From Phoronis australis (taxonomy: Eukaryota; Animalia; Phoronida): a stretch of 64,000 bases of DNA. Positions within the stretch are counted from its first letter, which is position 1; every line of letters starts with the position of its first letter. Position numbers and translations under genes: made by a program. Where the stretch lies: NCBI GenBank assembly GCA_002633005.1, contig NMRA01000104.1, positions 124,001 to 188,000 of the forward strand, given 5' to 3'. A model generated the notes under the pieces. The model ran no database searches and was not told the DNA's origin. It worked only from the letters and a program-made list of their open reading frames with translations. This document shows positions 12,692 through 24,600 of this stretch, one piece after another.

Positions 12692-15600
12692 CTGCAACAA
12701 ACACCATGAAAATGACAATAGATGGGATGTCAAAATTTGTAACTTCAAAAAAATGTGAAACAAGCATGGGACCATTGAACACACCAAAAATTTTGAGCTC
12801 TATTCTGGACACAGTCCAATCATGGAAAACTTGCATGGGGTCACTTGCATCATTTCAACACTTGAATTATTTCTTCTGACAAACGCAAAATCAAAATGAG
12901 ACTTACCATTGAAGTACACGCCACTCATTATTCGCCCCGCTGTAACCTCCTTCTTACTACGTAAAAGATCAGCTGTACAGCAGGTCATATTCAAAAGAAT
13001 ATCCAGGTCATCATCGTGTGAGCAAATTAAGATAGCATTTTAAAGAAGCACATACCATTTGAGATCCTTGTGGTCAGACTGCGTCTGACTCGCATTGTGA
13101 TAGGCTCTCAGTTTAGCAACTAACTCTGTCGAGTCTTGGGCAGCATTCACACCCAGTTGCTTGGGAATGACCAACAATGACCTAGCAAACTCGGCTATAG
13201 CAAGTTGTTCTCGTGAGCTCTGCAACAGATAAGAAGACTTGGAATATGAAGAACTGAATTTGGAGGACTGATCCTGTTTCTCTTGATTTCACAACGTACA
13301 CTTCTATCAGGTTCTTATACTGAAGACAATTGTTTCTAAAAGAGACACCTTTTAACTTCAGACACCCTTCAACTCACCATTTCATCAGAGAGCTCTATGC
13401 CAGATTAGTAAACAGCTGTTAAAAGCAAGCCGTGCAAAGAATACAAAATGAACATCTGTTGTAACTCTCTCCAGAAGCATTTTACAGAATTCCACACGAG
13501 ATGCATAAATGCACGACTCTTCGGTTCGTAAACGCAAACAAGTTATGTCCCTTCCCAAACAAGTTATCTCCCTTACCAAACAAGTTATCTATCTTCTTAC
13601 CAAAGAAGTGGCAAATGTTTCCAAATAAATAGACAGGGCAGCTTCAACACAGCCACCGCCGGGGACGACAGTCTTCGATTCTAAGACACGCTTTACCACA
13701 CAGAGGGCGTCGTGCACAGAGCGCTCCATCTCGTCTACCATGAAGTCATTGGCACCTCGTAGAATGATAGATGCAGCAGTTCTAGCCTTGGTCCTGCAAC
13801 GTGTCAAGAAGAAAAGATGTAAGATAGTAGATCACAACTGCAGCATCAGTAGCANGTGATGACAGTGGAAACTTGTGTCGCAGTCTGTACCCCTAGATAC
13901 AACAGTCATTTCATTGATTTTTGTCTCACAAAATCAGCCTTTTTGTTCATAACTCAAGTGTCTTATTTCAGCAATTTTATAAACATGATAAGGCTACTAA
14001 TCCTTTACACACAGTGTATAAGTTATATAAATTTGTATTTAAAGAAAACGACTGACAGTTTTCTTTCTTTCTCTTCCGAGGAAAAACAATACACTCACCC
14101 CTTGATCAGAATGAGTTCATCATCACATATCCTGTCCTGGACAACCTCATCAGCTGAGCCTAGTGAAGATGGCTCAAACACTTCGTCTCCTTCCAAGTTG
14201 GCCATGGTCAGAACCAGACTGCCTGTAAACAGCGCAAGCAGAGACATCTAAACAACACATTCATTTTCTTAGTAACACAACTTCCTTATTTCTACCTTTG
14301 CTGGAGGCAAGACAACTTAATTTGAACATATCCATCAAAATATGCAGCGATTCGCTCGAGCTTCCCTCATTGGCTGCCATTTTGAGGAAGTTATGCAAAA
14401 GCACGCCTATTAATGAATAAAAAGTCCAACGGAAAAAAATCTAAAAAATTCCACTAGTTATCTTCGTATGCCACATTTTGCAAGTGTCACATGCCAGGCC
14501 ACAGGCTTCACTCATTCTCCCACTTGTCCTTGTGTGAGGTCAATAAAAATTCTATGGTTATTGCGCATGATGAAAAATTTAACGGCGACCAAAAAGTGGA
14601 GTTGGAATTCTTCGCTTAAGTCATTTTTAATTACCGTAGACATGCTTCATTAAAGATACCTGTAGAACCAGAAAGGATCACTGAAGAAAGTAGGCACACC
14701 TTTAAGTAATCAATTTTAAGTGTAAAACGAATTTTGAAGTGGTGAAAACCTCCAATTTGATGACCGGACTTAGACTACCGCACATTAGAAATAGACGGAT
14801 GAAATTAGTAGAGGGAGGGGGATTATTATAGCCCCTGCATAGCCAGCCGATGAGCTACATGTTGCCTAGACCTGAGTCTGCTCGGCCTGTTACAATAACC
14901 TGCTCTTTAGTCATGTTCAGAAACGTTCAATTTAGAGGAGAAAAATGAAAATGATGGCAACAAATTGCTAAAACCCTGCCATTCAGCCAGTTTACATCAC
15001 AGCACCACTTGTAATCTCACCTCCTGTGGCCTTAGCTATTCTCTTGAGATCCACCTTCTTACAGCGTCGTACAGCCATGGCTCCTGCCTCCACAAAATAT
15101 TTGAGACAGAGGTCATCAATACCCCCTGTGGTTAATATCACGTTGGCACCCGCTGCGAGTATCTTCTGAATCCTCTCCTTGGTTATATCCGATTCTCTGA
15201 GAAGGAAAAGAGATCTAGTTGTTCTCCATCTTCAGAAGACTGACACACTCTTTCAAATGTGAAAAAAAAACTTTAAAAAGACAGCAGTGGCTGACGAAAC
15301 CTAGCAGTCAATTCATCACATTCAGTAGATTTATGAAAATCTTACATCGTTCTAATGGGTTCACTGCATTACAGTGTGTTTCCATGAACAACAACCAATT
15401 CCAGATTTATAAAGAAAGATTTAACATGGACTTCAAAAATGTGCTATTAAGTGTACAGAGGCTGCATACCTTTGGCGAATAGCTTCAAGTTTGGCAGGGT
15501 CTTCAACTAAAACCTGGACACCCATCTTCATCTTAGATTTTTGGAGATTGAAGTCAAGGCAGGCAATTTTGGCATTTGTTATGCGCTTGACCATAGCTGA

Positions 15601-18600
15601 AATATACAACTTTAGACTGAAACCAACAAATGACATACTATATTACAAACCATCACTTTCACAGTTCTGATAAATGCTTAATACAGTGAATAAAAGAGAC
15701 AATAGAGCACCACACAATTTAAAGATATATTTACTTGCTCCTAACTATGCTAATGTATAGCACAAACTAAACAACAATGCTACTTTAACCCAATCTATCT
15801 CAAGCAAAGAGCAGGTGTATTCACTGATAACTTATAAACGTGAAAACAATCAATTCTGCAAATAAGTGACCTTTGCACTAATGATGTACCTCGCAGGCTC
15901 ACATAGCCCGCATCATGCAGTGTTATTCCTCAGCACCACATCACGATACTTACCGAACACAGTTCAGTTTTTTGCGGAGGATCATTTTCGCCACTCATTC
16001 TTTAAAACATTTTCAACCTACTTCATATTCACATCGCCGCTGTATGTAGTGTTTCTAACTAATTTGACCAAACAATTACAGAGATGAAGAATTAGTGTGC
16101 AAGTTCCGCTTTTAAGTCATCTCATTTAGAGCTTACAAGAATATTGATATTGAGTGCAGACAACAATACCTTGAGATGACACTGTACAATTTAAGGCGTA
16201 GCCATTGACAAGAATGCTTTCTTTTGAACTTTGACCATGAGCCTTTAATACATTTACAGCTTTGATGGGATACCTGTAAGAGAACAAGTAACATTGAAAA
16301 CAACCCCACGTCCAAACTGGTCCCTCTTATCAAAGCTTCACTATGAATACCAACACAAGACAGGTGACATATCAATTGAAACAATTCACTTTCACAATTT
16401 TCAAAAAAACAATACATACTGTACTTGTCCTTGTTATGGCCTTATATGCATGAATTGGGGGACTAAAAATCAGGGGGTGGGCGTTAAATCAAGTATGGGT
16501 GTTTAAAATGCGTTTTCGCACAGTTGGCTGAGTTCGTGCCTAGAAAACTACACTGATGCTGGACTTGCAAAACATTAACTAAAACATTGGCAGATTGCAG
16601 ACAATGTAGAAAGGGGTTTACAGTATAGAATGCAGTGATTGCACTTCAGTAGCATGGCCCAGCCATTAAATTTCCCATTGCAAACATAAAGAGCTGGCCA
16701 TGCAATGCTTACATGAATGCTTACACCCCTTTTTAAAAAACAAGGACAATATTAGAATGAGCAGGAGCCAAATGAACCAGTTCATGTCTCCTTTAGTAAA
16801 GAGCATGAGAAAGTACTCATACATTCCTACCTGAATAAGGCAAGGCTCCAATGAAACAGACTAACGGTTATGCAATGGTATTTTTTGGGAAATAAAAATT
16901 CTGGTGAAATGAGCGTTTCCAGACACGGGCGCTTTTACAGTCTCCGTTGTATAAACTGAAGGAGGGCAGTAAATCAAGCATGGGCATTAACGCGGCCAAG
17001 TATGCTAGTTAAAATACGGTTAAAGCCGATAAAAAGATTACCAATAATACATTAGATATTGCATTACCTATGACCACCTTTTCCATCTGGAGTTTTGATA
17101 GCATAAGCTGCATCGACGACCATGTTGGAGAAAAAGTCAGCATCACTTAGCTGTGTTAAGGTGCAACACAATTTACAAGAGAAAGAGTGCCACTTTAATT
17201 GTCTTTACTATTAATTTAGAGATTAATGATCACTTCCAAAAGTTCAGTCATGAGAGTAATACTGGTGCATTGGAAGTGTATGATATTTCTACTACAGACA
17301 TCCTGCCACGAATCGGTTTCAACCACATTAAAACAAAAATACAATGTTAGTAACTACTCCAAAGTTAGAAGACCTCAAAACAAGACATGATTTTTTGAAG
17401 CCTGATATGCGCTACACACTCAGGATTCTCACATTACTAGTCTAGAGTAGTCAACAGATTATAGCAGAAAATGAGCAGACACTGGTTGAGAATGATCAAC
17501 CAGTTTTCACTGCGCACATGCACTTTATGTATCCCAGCGTATATACTTCAACAACCACATTGGTTATAAAGCAAGTTGATTGGGAATGCTCCAGTTTAAC
17601 AGACTTACTGAGCTCAGCTACAAGCAGTGCCACCTCTGAATGAAAACTACTTCATTTTGGTTTTATACCATGATTTAGCTTTCCCGATTACACAGGGCTT
17701 GGAATGACCAATGACAAAAAGAGAAAAATTTTCCAAGTGATGTATCGTTCAACAAGTAAATAGGCTTAATGTGAAATAGAAATATTTTTTGTGTTTTAAA
17801 ATTTAACTGAAATAAATGTTTTTACACAAATAAAGTTAAAATAGTGATTAAACAAGAGACAGAAAAGAGGAAACTGGAAATCAAATTAGAGGAAATCGAA
17901 ATCAAAAAAAGGAGGAAATCCTCTTAAAAGAGGAAAATTCCACGCCCTAATTACACCTCAAATGACCATGAACTGAAGAAAGTTCTGTGATTGCTTTAAC
18001 AAACCGCAAACTCGTATCACAGTAGTTTGAAGTTTACCAACACAGCTTGGCAGTTAGTGCTTTAGTGGGGCTGAATACTAACGGTAGAATTTCACATACA
18101 AGCACGTCAATTTGACACACAACATATGGCAACATGTAACCACGCCAAAATCACTACTTCTTGTTCTATCGCTTTGTAGTCCTCGGCAACACCTCTCTAC
18201 ACTACACAGCAAATATCACCCGATGGGCAGTCTGTTTATAGAACTAAAATATCCAAAGATGAAAACTGACTCTGGAAAACAGTACAGCGTTATCCAGAAT
18301 GAATGTTTATCAACTACAAAAATCTATGCTAACTACCAAGTTCAACAATCACCATTCCTATTTCCTTATCGTATACCACGACACCTATTTAACTAATTTA
18401 TGATGCCTCATGCAGGCAAAAATCTAAAAGCCTCATAACTATCAACAGAATTTTATATTCGCATGGAGCCCTCTTCTAAGAAATGGAGACTCTGAACAGT
18501 AGGAAAAAACCACGACTATTGTGTGGAATACATACTACTCTAAGTGAGACACGGTATCAACATGAAGAGAGAGTGCAAGACATGAGACAGATTAAGGCTG

Positions 18601-21600
18601 TGGACCTAACAACCCTCAAGACGTCATATCAAGGATACCATCCAATGATTTTACTCGACATGCTGGTCTTGGCTGCACTGACGATACAGTCCCGGCCTAG
18701 CTCATCCACATTGATGGTCAGGTGTTCTTGAATGTATTTACAAGCTTCCCTGTAAATGGACAAAAAACATTAAAAGCATGCGTCTCTGTGTAGCCAGCAT
18801 AGGGAGACAATTCCAATTCTTTTGTTAATTTTTTTTCTGACAGTATTTTATTGATTTGATATACAGAAGCAGGAATAAATTGACAAAGGTTGCAAACAAA
18901 TAAACCAGTGGCTGTGTAAAAGCCCTCTATTAGAACTGTGTACCTGCTCTGGAATATTCCGTGTACCAGATTTTAAGAACAACTGCAAATTTTAGCGGAG
19001 ATACACGATACTTAAAAACAGCCTATTGATGGTAAAAGCTGACACAAGTTTGAAAATCCTCTACTACAAATACGATCGTCAGACTACACAGCACACTTAT
19101 CCATGAATTTGCAGAGCTGAACAATAGCTTGAACAAGCGTCAACTTCCACCATGGTAACACCAAGACTAAGCAGTATGTCTTGATTTTTACTATCATTCT
19201 CAAGTATGATGTGCATTTCAGTCGATGAGCAGAACACGCACGGCCATCAACGCAAAAACCAAGTCTTTTTCCATTTCAGCTATGCATTCATAATTAAAAT
19301 TTTAATTATGGATTAGTTACAGGAACATCCTGGTCATATAAGTTATTTTGACTCACTGATTGAAGTCCATGCATACTTGAGTACCGCAAGTGTATAGTAC
19401 ACAGGTCTGCGTTACAACTGATTAAACGACAGCTGATTGATAGGAAGATGTTTTGGAAGCATGAGTTGTTAGCATTCAGAACCCCGCCCCTCATCAGCGC
19501 CTCATGGAGGCATAAAGGGCCAATAAAGCCTAAAGGTGAAACATTGATGACATGAGACAAACAAAACCACAGCAAGGTACACCTACTTGCAAGCCAATCT
19601 GTAGCCACTTATAATTGAGGTGGGGTGGATCTTACACTTGACCAATTCGTCAGCATTCTTAAGTAGCTCTGCAGCAACGATTACCTGCAAGACAGATGAG
19701 AACATTTCTAAATGAACAGGTGACAAATATGAAATGGTGTAATGGAAAGCAGCGACCTTACATGCTAATTTTCTTTCACATGATGGCGAAATTGCACTTG
19801 TAACACCTGTGACCACAAAATTGCAAACTTAAGATTAGTGCACTGTAGACGGTATTGAAAGTTTGGTAGCTTGGTTCACTGTCAACATCAAAACAAAATG
19901 CTAAATGCATGCGGAAAGCACAAAACGCCACAAACTCCAGGTTGAACGCAACACATGTATTATAGCCAAATATTTGAATGAAAGACTGTTACCAAAATGT
20001 AACACCATCTGTCTGGGTACAAAAAAATATGTGGATTGCTATAATGACTATGGACATAACATACAAACGTATTACAAACTGCGTATAACAAATAAGTGGA
20101 TTACTATACTGACCACAGAGGTAGTACCATCGCCTACTTCTTCGTCTTGTAACTGAGCTAATTCTACAAGGATCTTTGCAGCAGGGTGCTCAACCTCTAG
20201 TAAATTTAGAATTGTGGCGCCATCATTTGTGATCGTCACGTCCTGCAAAATAACCATTAATACAAAGTTCATAACAAACTGCAGATAATTCATATTTATG
20301 CAACAAACAGTATACTTCACACCAGTTGTGCAAAAAATGTATTCAGAAACAAGCTTAAATAACTGCAAGAGCAATGCATACAATAGGTTTTTAAGGGCCA
20401 CTAGGAGGTGCTGCAGTAGTCAAATCAGCCCGAAAATGAAAAATGGTGCCGGTTCACTCTCACCACATACCGATGAGTCAAGTTTTATCGAAATCTGTCA
20501 ATCATTTCTCTAGAAATAATCCAGAAACTTTCTTTCCTATAACAACACTTGAAATACCCTTGTCAAGGACGAAACTTGTGCCAGCACATGGTCATAACTA
20601 TGGAAAGTTTCATTGAAATCCATCATTCGTTTCAAAAGATATCATCTGGAAATATTCATCTCCAAAATAGCGAGTAGAAAAATACTGAAGAGGTCAAATC
20701 CATCCGAAAAACAAATGATGCTGGCGCACTGGCATCGTATACCTCTCAGTCAAGTTTTATCGAAATCCGTCAGGTGGTTCTCTTGATATCATCCAAAAAT
20801 GCTCTTCCCACAAACAACACTTGAAAAAAACCCTTGACAAGAACTTAAGGGCCACTAGTAGGTTCTGCAATCGTCAAATCCACCAGAAAATTTAATGCTT
20901 CCTGACTATCATATACCTCTGTATCAACATTCATTGAAATACTTCACTAAATTTTGAACATATCTAAAAACGCCAAAATTTGAATGTGTCAGTGCTTTGA
21001 AATTACATACCTTTGTGTCAAGTTTCATTGAAATCCGTCGATCAGTTTTCTAGATATCATCCAAAAACGCTCTTCCCCCAAAGATATAGACAAAACGTGC
21101 CACTCTGACACCAAGGAGTGGATAAGATTGAAAAGTGGCATGAACTATTCTAGAGATGCCCTACACCCGTGTGCCCCATTTTGTCAATATCTGGCCAGGG
21201 ATTTTTGAGATATCAAGTGGACACCTGGGAAACTAGATCGACAGATGTCCGAACAAAGAAGTCACGACAATATGCGATCACATGTATATGTGCGCGCAAA
21301 AGAATACCTCTATGCAGTGACTCGTAATATTCACAAACTGTGACAGTATGGGAGCATGTAAGTCGGTAGGTGACGGCACACCCTAATGTTGCCTGTACGC
21401 CGAAAGGGTTCTAGGTGAATTATGCCTCACACTGATTAAACCATCTACATCACTTTGCTATAGGTACCTATTGCACATAAAACAACTTAGGAGGATTTAG
21501 CTTTCAAAGTTCAGTGTCAGCTCTGACCTTTGACCTCGTTAAAATATTGAGATCATGCCCACTGGCATGAGCATTGCAAAAATGGCCAGTTGCTGACTTG

Positions 21601-24600
21601 TCTAACTGGACAAATGACTGTTTGAAAAAAGGTGGTTTGCCAGAGTATTTGATTGAGCTGGAAAGAGTTAAAGACATCAATAGCCACCCGAGGTGCCCCT
21701 CATTCCGCAAAAGGTACTAATAGCAACACGACTTTGATGGTTTATCAGTGTGAGGCGTAGTTTGGGAAAAGTTTCTGGCGTATGGCAGTCCTACACTTGT
21801 ACAGGATGAGCACAATCTTGACTTGGTCAGTTCAGACGGCATTACTACCAAGGATACTCCTGGACGGCGTCTTTAAGCCATTAATGCATAAAAAAATAAA
21901 AAGCAAAAAAATAAAAGGCACAAGTACACTGCAGCAGTGTGCCTCCCAGGGCATCTTTTAAGACACAACACCCTTCCAAAAATGCCAAATTCTAGTCAAC
22001 TTACAGCCAGTGTGTTCTTATTCTGCCTTAGATGAACAGTCTGTTTGAAGTCTTTGTCAGATTGCCTTTTTGTGTGGAATTTTTAAATAAAAATGCAACT
22101 TTTACATGAATATGACTGTTCTTGTTTTGATTGCACTCGGGGGTTTCTGTTTCACATGCTACCACTTTAAGTACACTAAATCTGCTGGGCAAAACTTTTT
22201 GAACAAAGACGCACAACTTTATCATCAGGTGCGCCCAAAGGAAACAGGTTCAAACCTGGTCAGGAATATCCCTGTACTGTCTATTGAAACAAAAAACTAA
22301 CTTGCAAAACGGCACATGCAGTTATGTTAAATCTAGAGAGAGAACAATTTCTACCATTATTTCACTGACAAAATCTTACCCCAACGTCATCCACAAGCAT
22401 CTTGTCTAAGCCAACAGGTCCAAGGCTGCTTTTTACAATATTTGCTATCGAGCAGGCAGCCATAACTGTAACACAAAATAACTTACCGTAAACTCGCGGG
22501 TTAACGCTCATGCCGGGTAAACGCCCATCCCGACTTTGTCAATTTTCAGTTTAAGCGCCCACTGCTTTGTGAAAATTTCCACGTAAGCGTCCACCTCTCG
22601 AGTAATCGCCCATCCCCAAAATTTTGCCAATTTTTCGGTTTAAGCGCCCACTGCTGCCCACCCCGTTTCAGGGTTTCCCAATCTAAGCGCCCAAGGCGTT
22701 AACTCGCGAGTTTACGGTAATCAGAAGTTGAAATACACCATGTGAAAAGTTGACACCTTGAAACTGAAATGAGCTTTGCTGTCCATGAGTAAGCTATAAA
22801 CGGACATCAAAGTATGCATTCCAACTGCACCAAAAAATTTAAAACTTAAGCCACGAAATTTCCAGGATTTGATGGTAGCACAGTGACATGAACGTCAGTC
22901 AAAAGAGCACAAACTCTGGTAACAATTTTCAACCAAAACCTATTCAGGATTCGATGCTTGGCAGCCGAAAATTGCCCTGGTGAAGACTTCTTACTTGGTA
23001 GTCTTTTAAAATACATGGAGCTGAAATGCATACATATAGCCTGACAAGTACATCTCCTTTTACGCTACAGGTATACACAGTCGATAGTGTACTTGACAGC
23101 GAAGAAAATCAAATGAAACATGGATATAAACACATTGGGTTATAATTAACACATACCATAACTATGGACACAATTTAATCAATATAACTTGAACATATCC
23201 ATCAAACTCTGTCACGGTTCAGGCAGGGTCAGTATTCAAAATCAACAGCATTCCCCCACCCTTAGTGCTAGCCTTCATGGACTCTGCTTCAAGTAACCAA
23301 ATAATCAGTGTTATTTCAAGTCATCGCCTGTGTGAGTTACAAGTGACATGATCCTCGAAGGAAATTTTTTGTTACTTAAGGGGACATTTTGGGCCTCATG
23401 AGCAGAATTTAACATGATTTTTAAATATTTTTCAGAGGCGAATGGGGCTGGAGCCGATATTCGGCCCAAAAACAGAGAGATCGAGGACCCTGTCAAGCGA
23501 CGTCAAGCACCATAAAAAAGATAACGGGAACCAAAAAATTGGAGTTGAAATTCTTTGCCAACGTAATCTCAATTCTCGCACACACTCTTCACTGAGGATA
23601 TTAGCCAACAATGAGCTTCTAAAGTTAAACAGGGCTGGTTTACTGACTACAAGGATGATCTGTGCGAAACTGCCAAAAGGTACGGTACTAATTGGAAAAA
23701 GACTTTAATGGTCTGTAATAATGTCGACATCAATCTCGGCTGTGGCGTCTCTTTCTTGTTATGTTCTTTTCTTATCATAACATTGGTGTTGGCCTGGTGC
23801 AACCCCTGATGACAGAAGAGCCCAGGAAAGGTCACACCTAGCCAATGTGACTGGTCATATGTCAAGACTACACCACAAGATTGTCTGGGCTTTCTGGAGT
23901 TCAAAGCCGTCCTGGAAGGACGTGATGTGAGTAGTTCTAAAATTGTTCTTACACTGATATAGTATGAACTTGCCTCGGCTGCAATTTACTATAAGGGTTC
24001 CACTCCTTTTCTTAATGGAAGAGAGGAAATGTAGCAAATGTCGACGTCAGTTTCGGCTGTGGCGTCTCTATGTTGTGACTGGTCACATGTCAAGACAACG
24101 TGACAAGATCGACTAGGCCTTCTGGAGTACAGCGTTGTCCGAGAAGGACGTAATTACTTGGCCTGAACCTGTAAAGCAGCTCAGTGGCATCGCCATCAAT
24201 GAGCAAACGGTTTTGGAAAATGCAAGAAATGGCTGACGTGGGAGAAACAAAGCCCGACCGAAAGAATAGCGCAATGGACACCAAGGATTCTGTCCTTCTA
24301 GGAAAAGAGAGAACTGGCAGGTATGAGCAGGTAGCGCACAGTGGTAACTCAAAGTATTTTTCTCTAATGCCACTTCGTAAGAGCAGCGCAGTGGATACCG
24401 AGAACTATGCCCTTAAGGGAAAGAGATGAGTGGCGTGTATGAGTCGGTGGCACACAATGGGATTTCAAAGTCTATGATGAAACTTCACAAGTCCTACCGA
24501 AGTAGCAGCAAAGAGGACTTGGGGGCCTGTGTCCTGAGAATTGTACTTTGAGCTAGAGGAGGTCGATCAGCCTTTGATAATGGTTTTCATCATGAACAAA

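Noticed and set aside
15946-15990. U13 snoRNA or U1 snRNA-like sequence
   Set aside because: The second U13 guide (CCTTGTTACGAC) is absent; atacttacc is simply the reverse complement of a splice donor.
20380-21302. Regularly recurring units suggestive of a CRISPR-like array
   Set aside because: Eukaryotic intron, degenerate units with related spacers and no cas genes; typical internal repeats of a helentron-like element.
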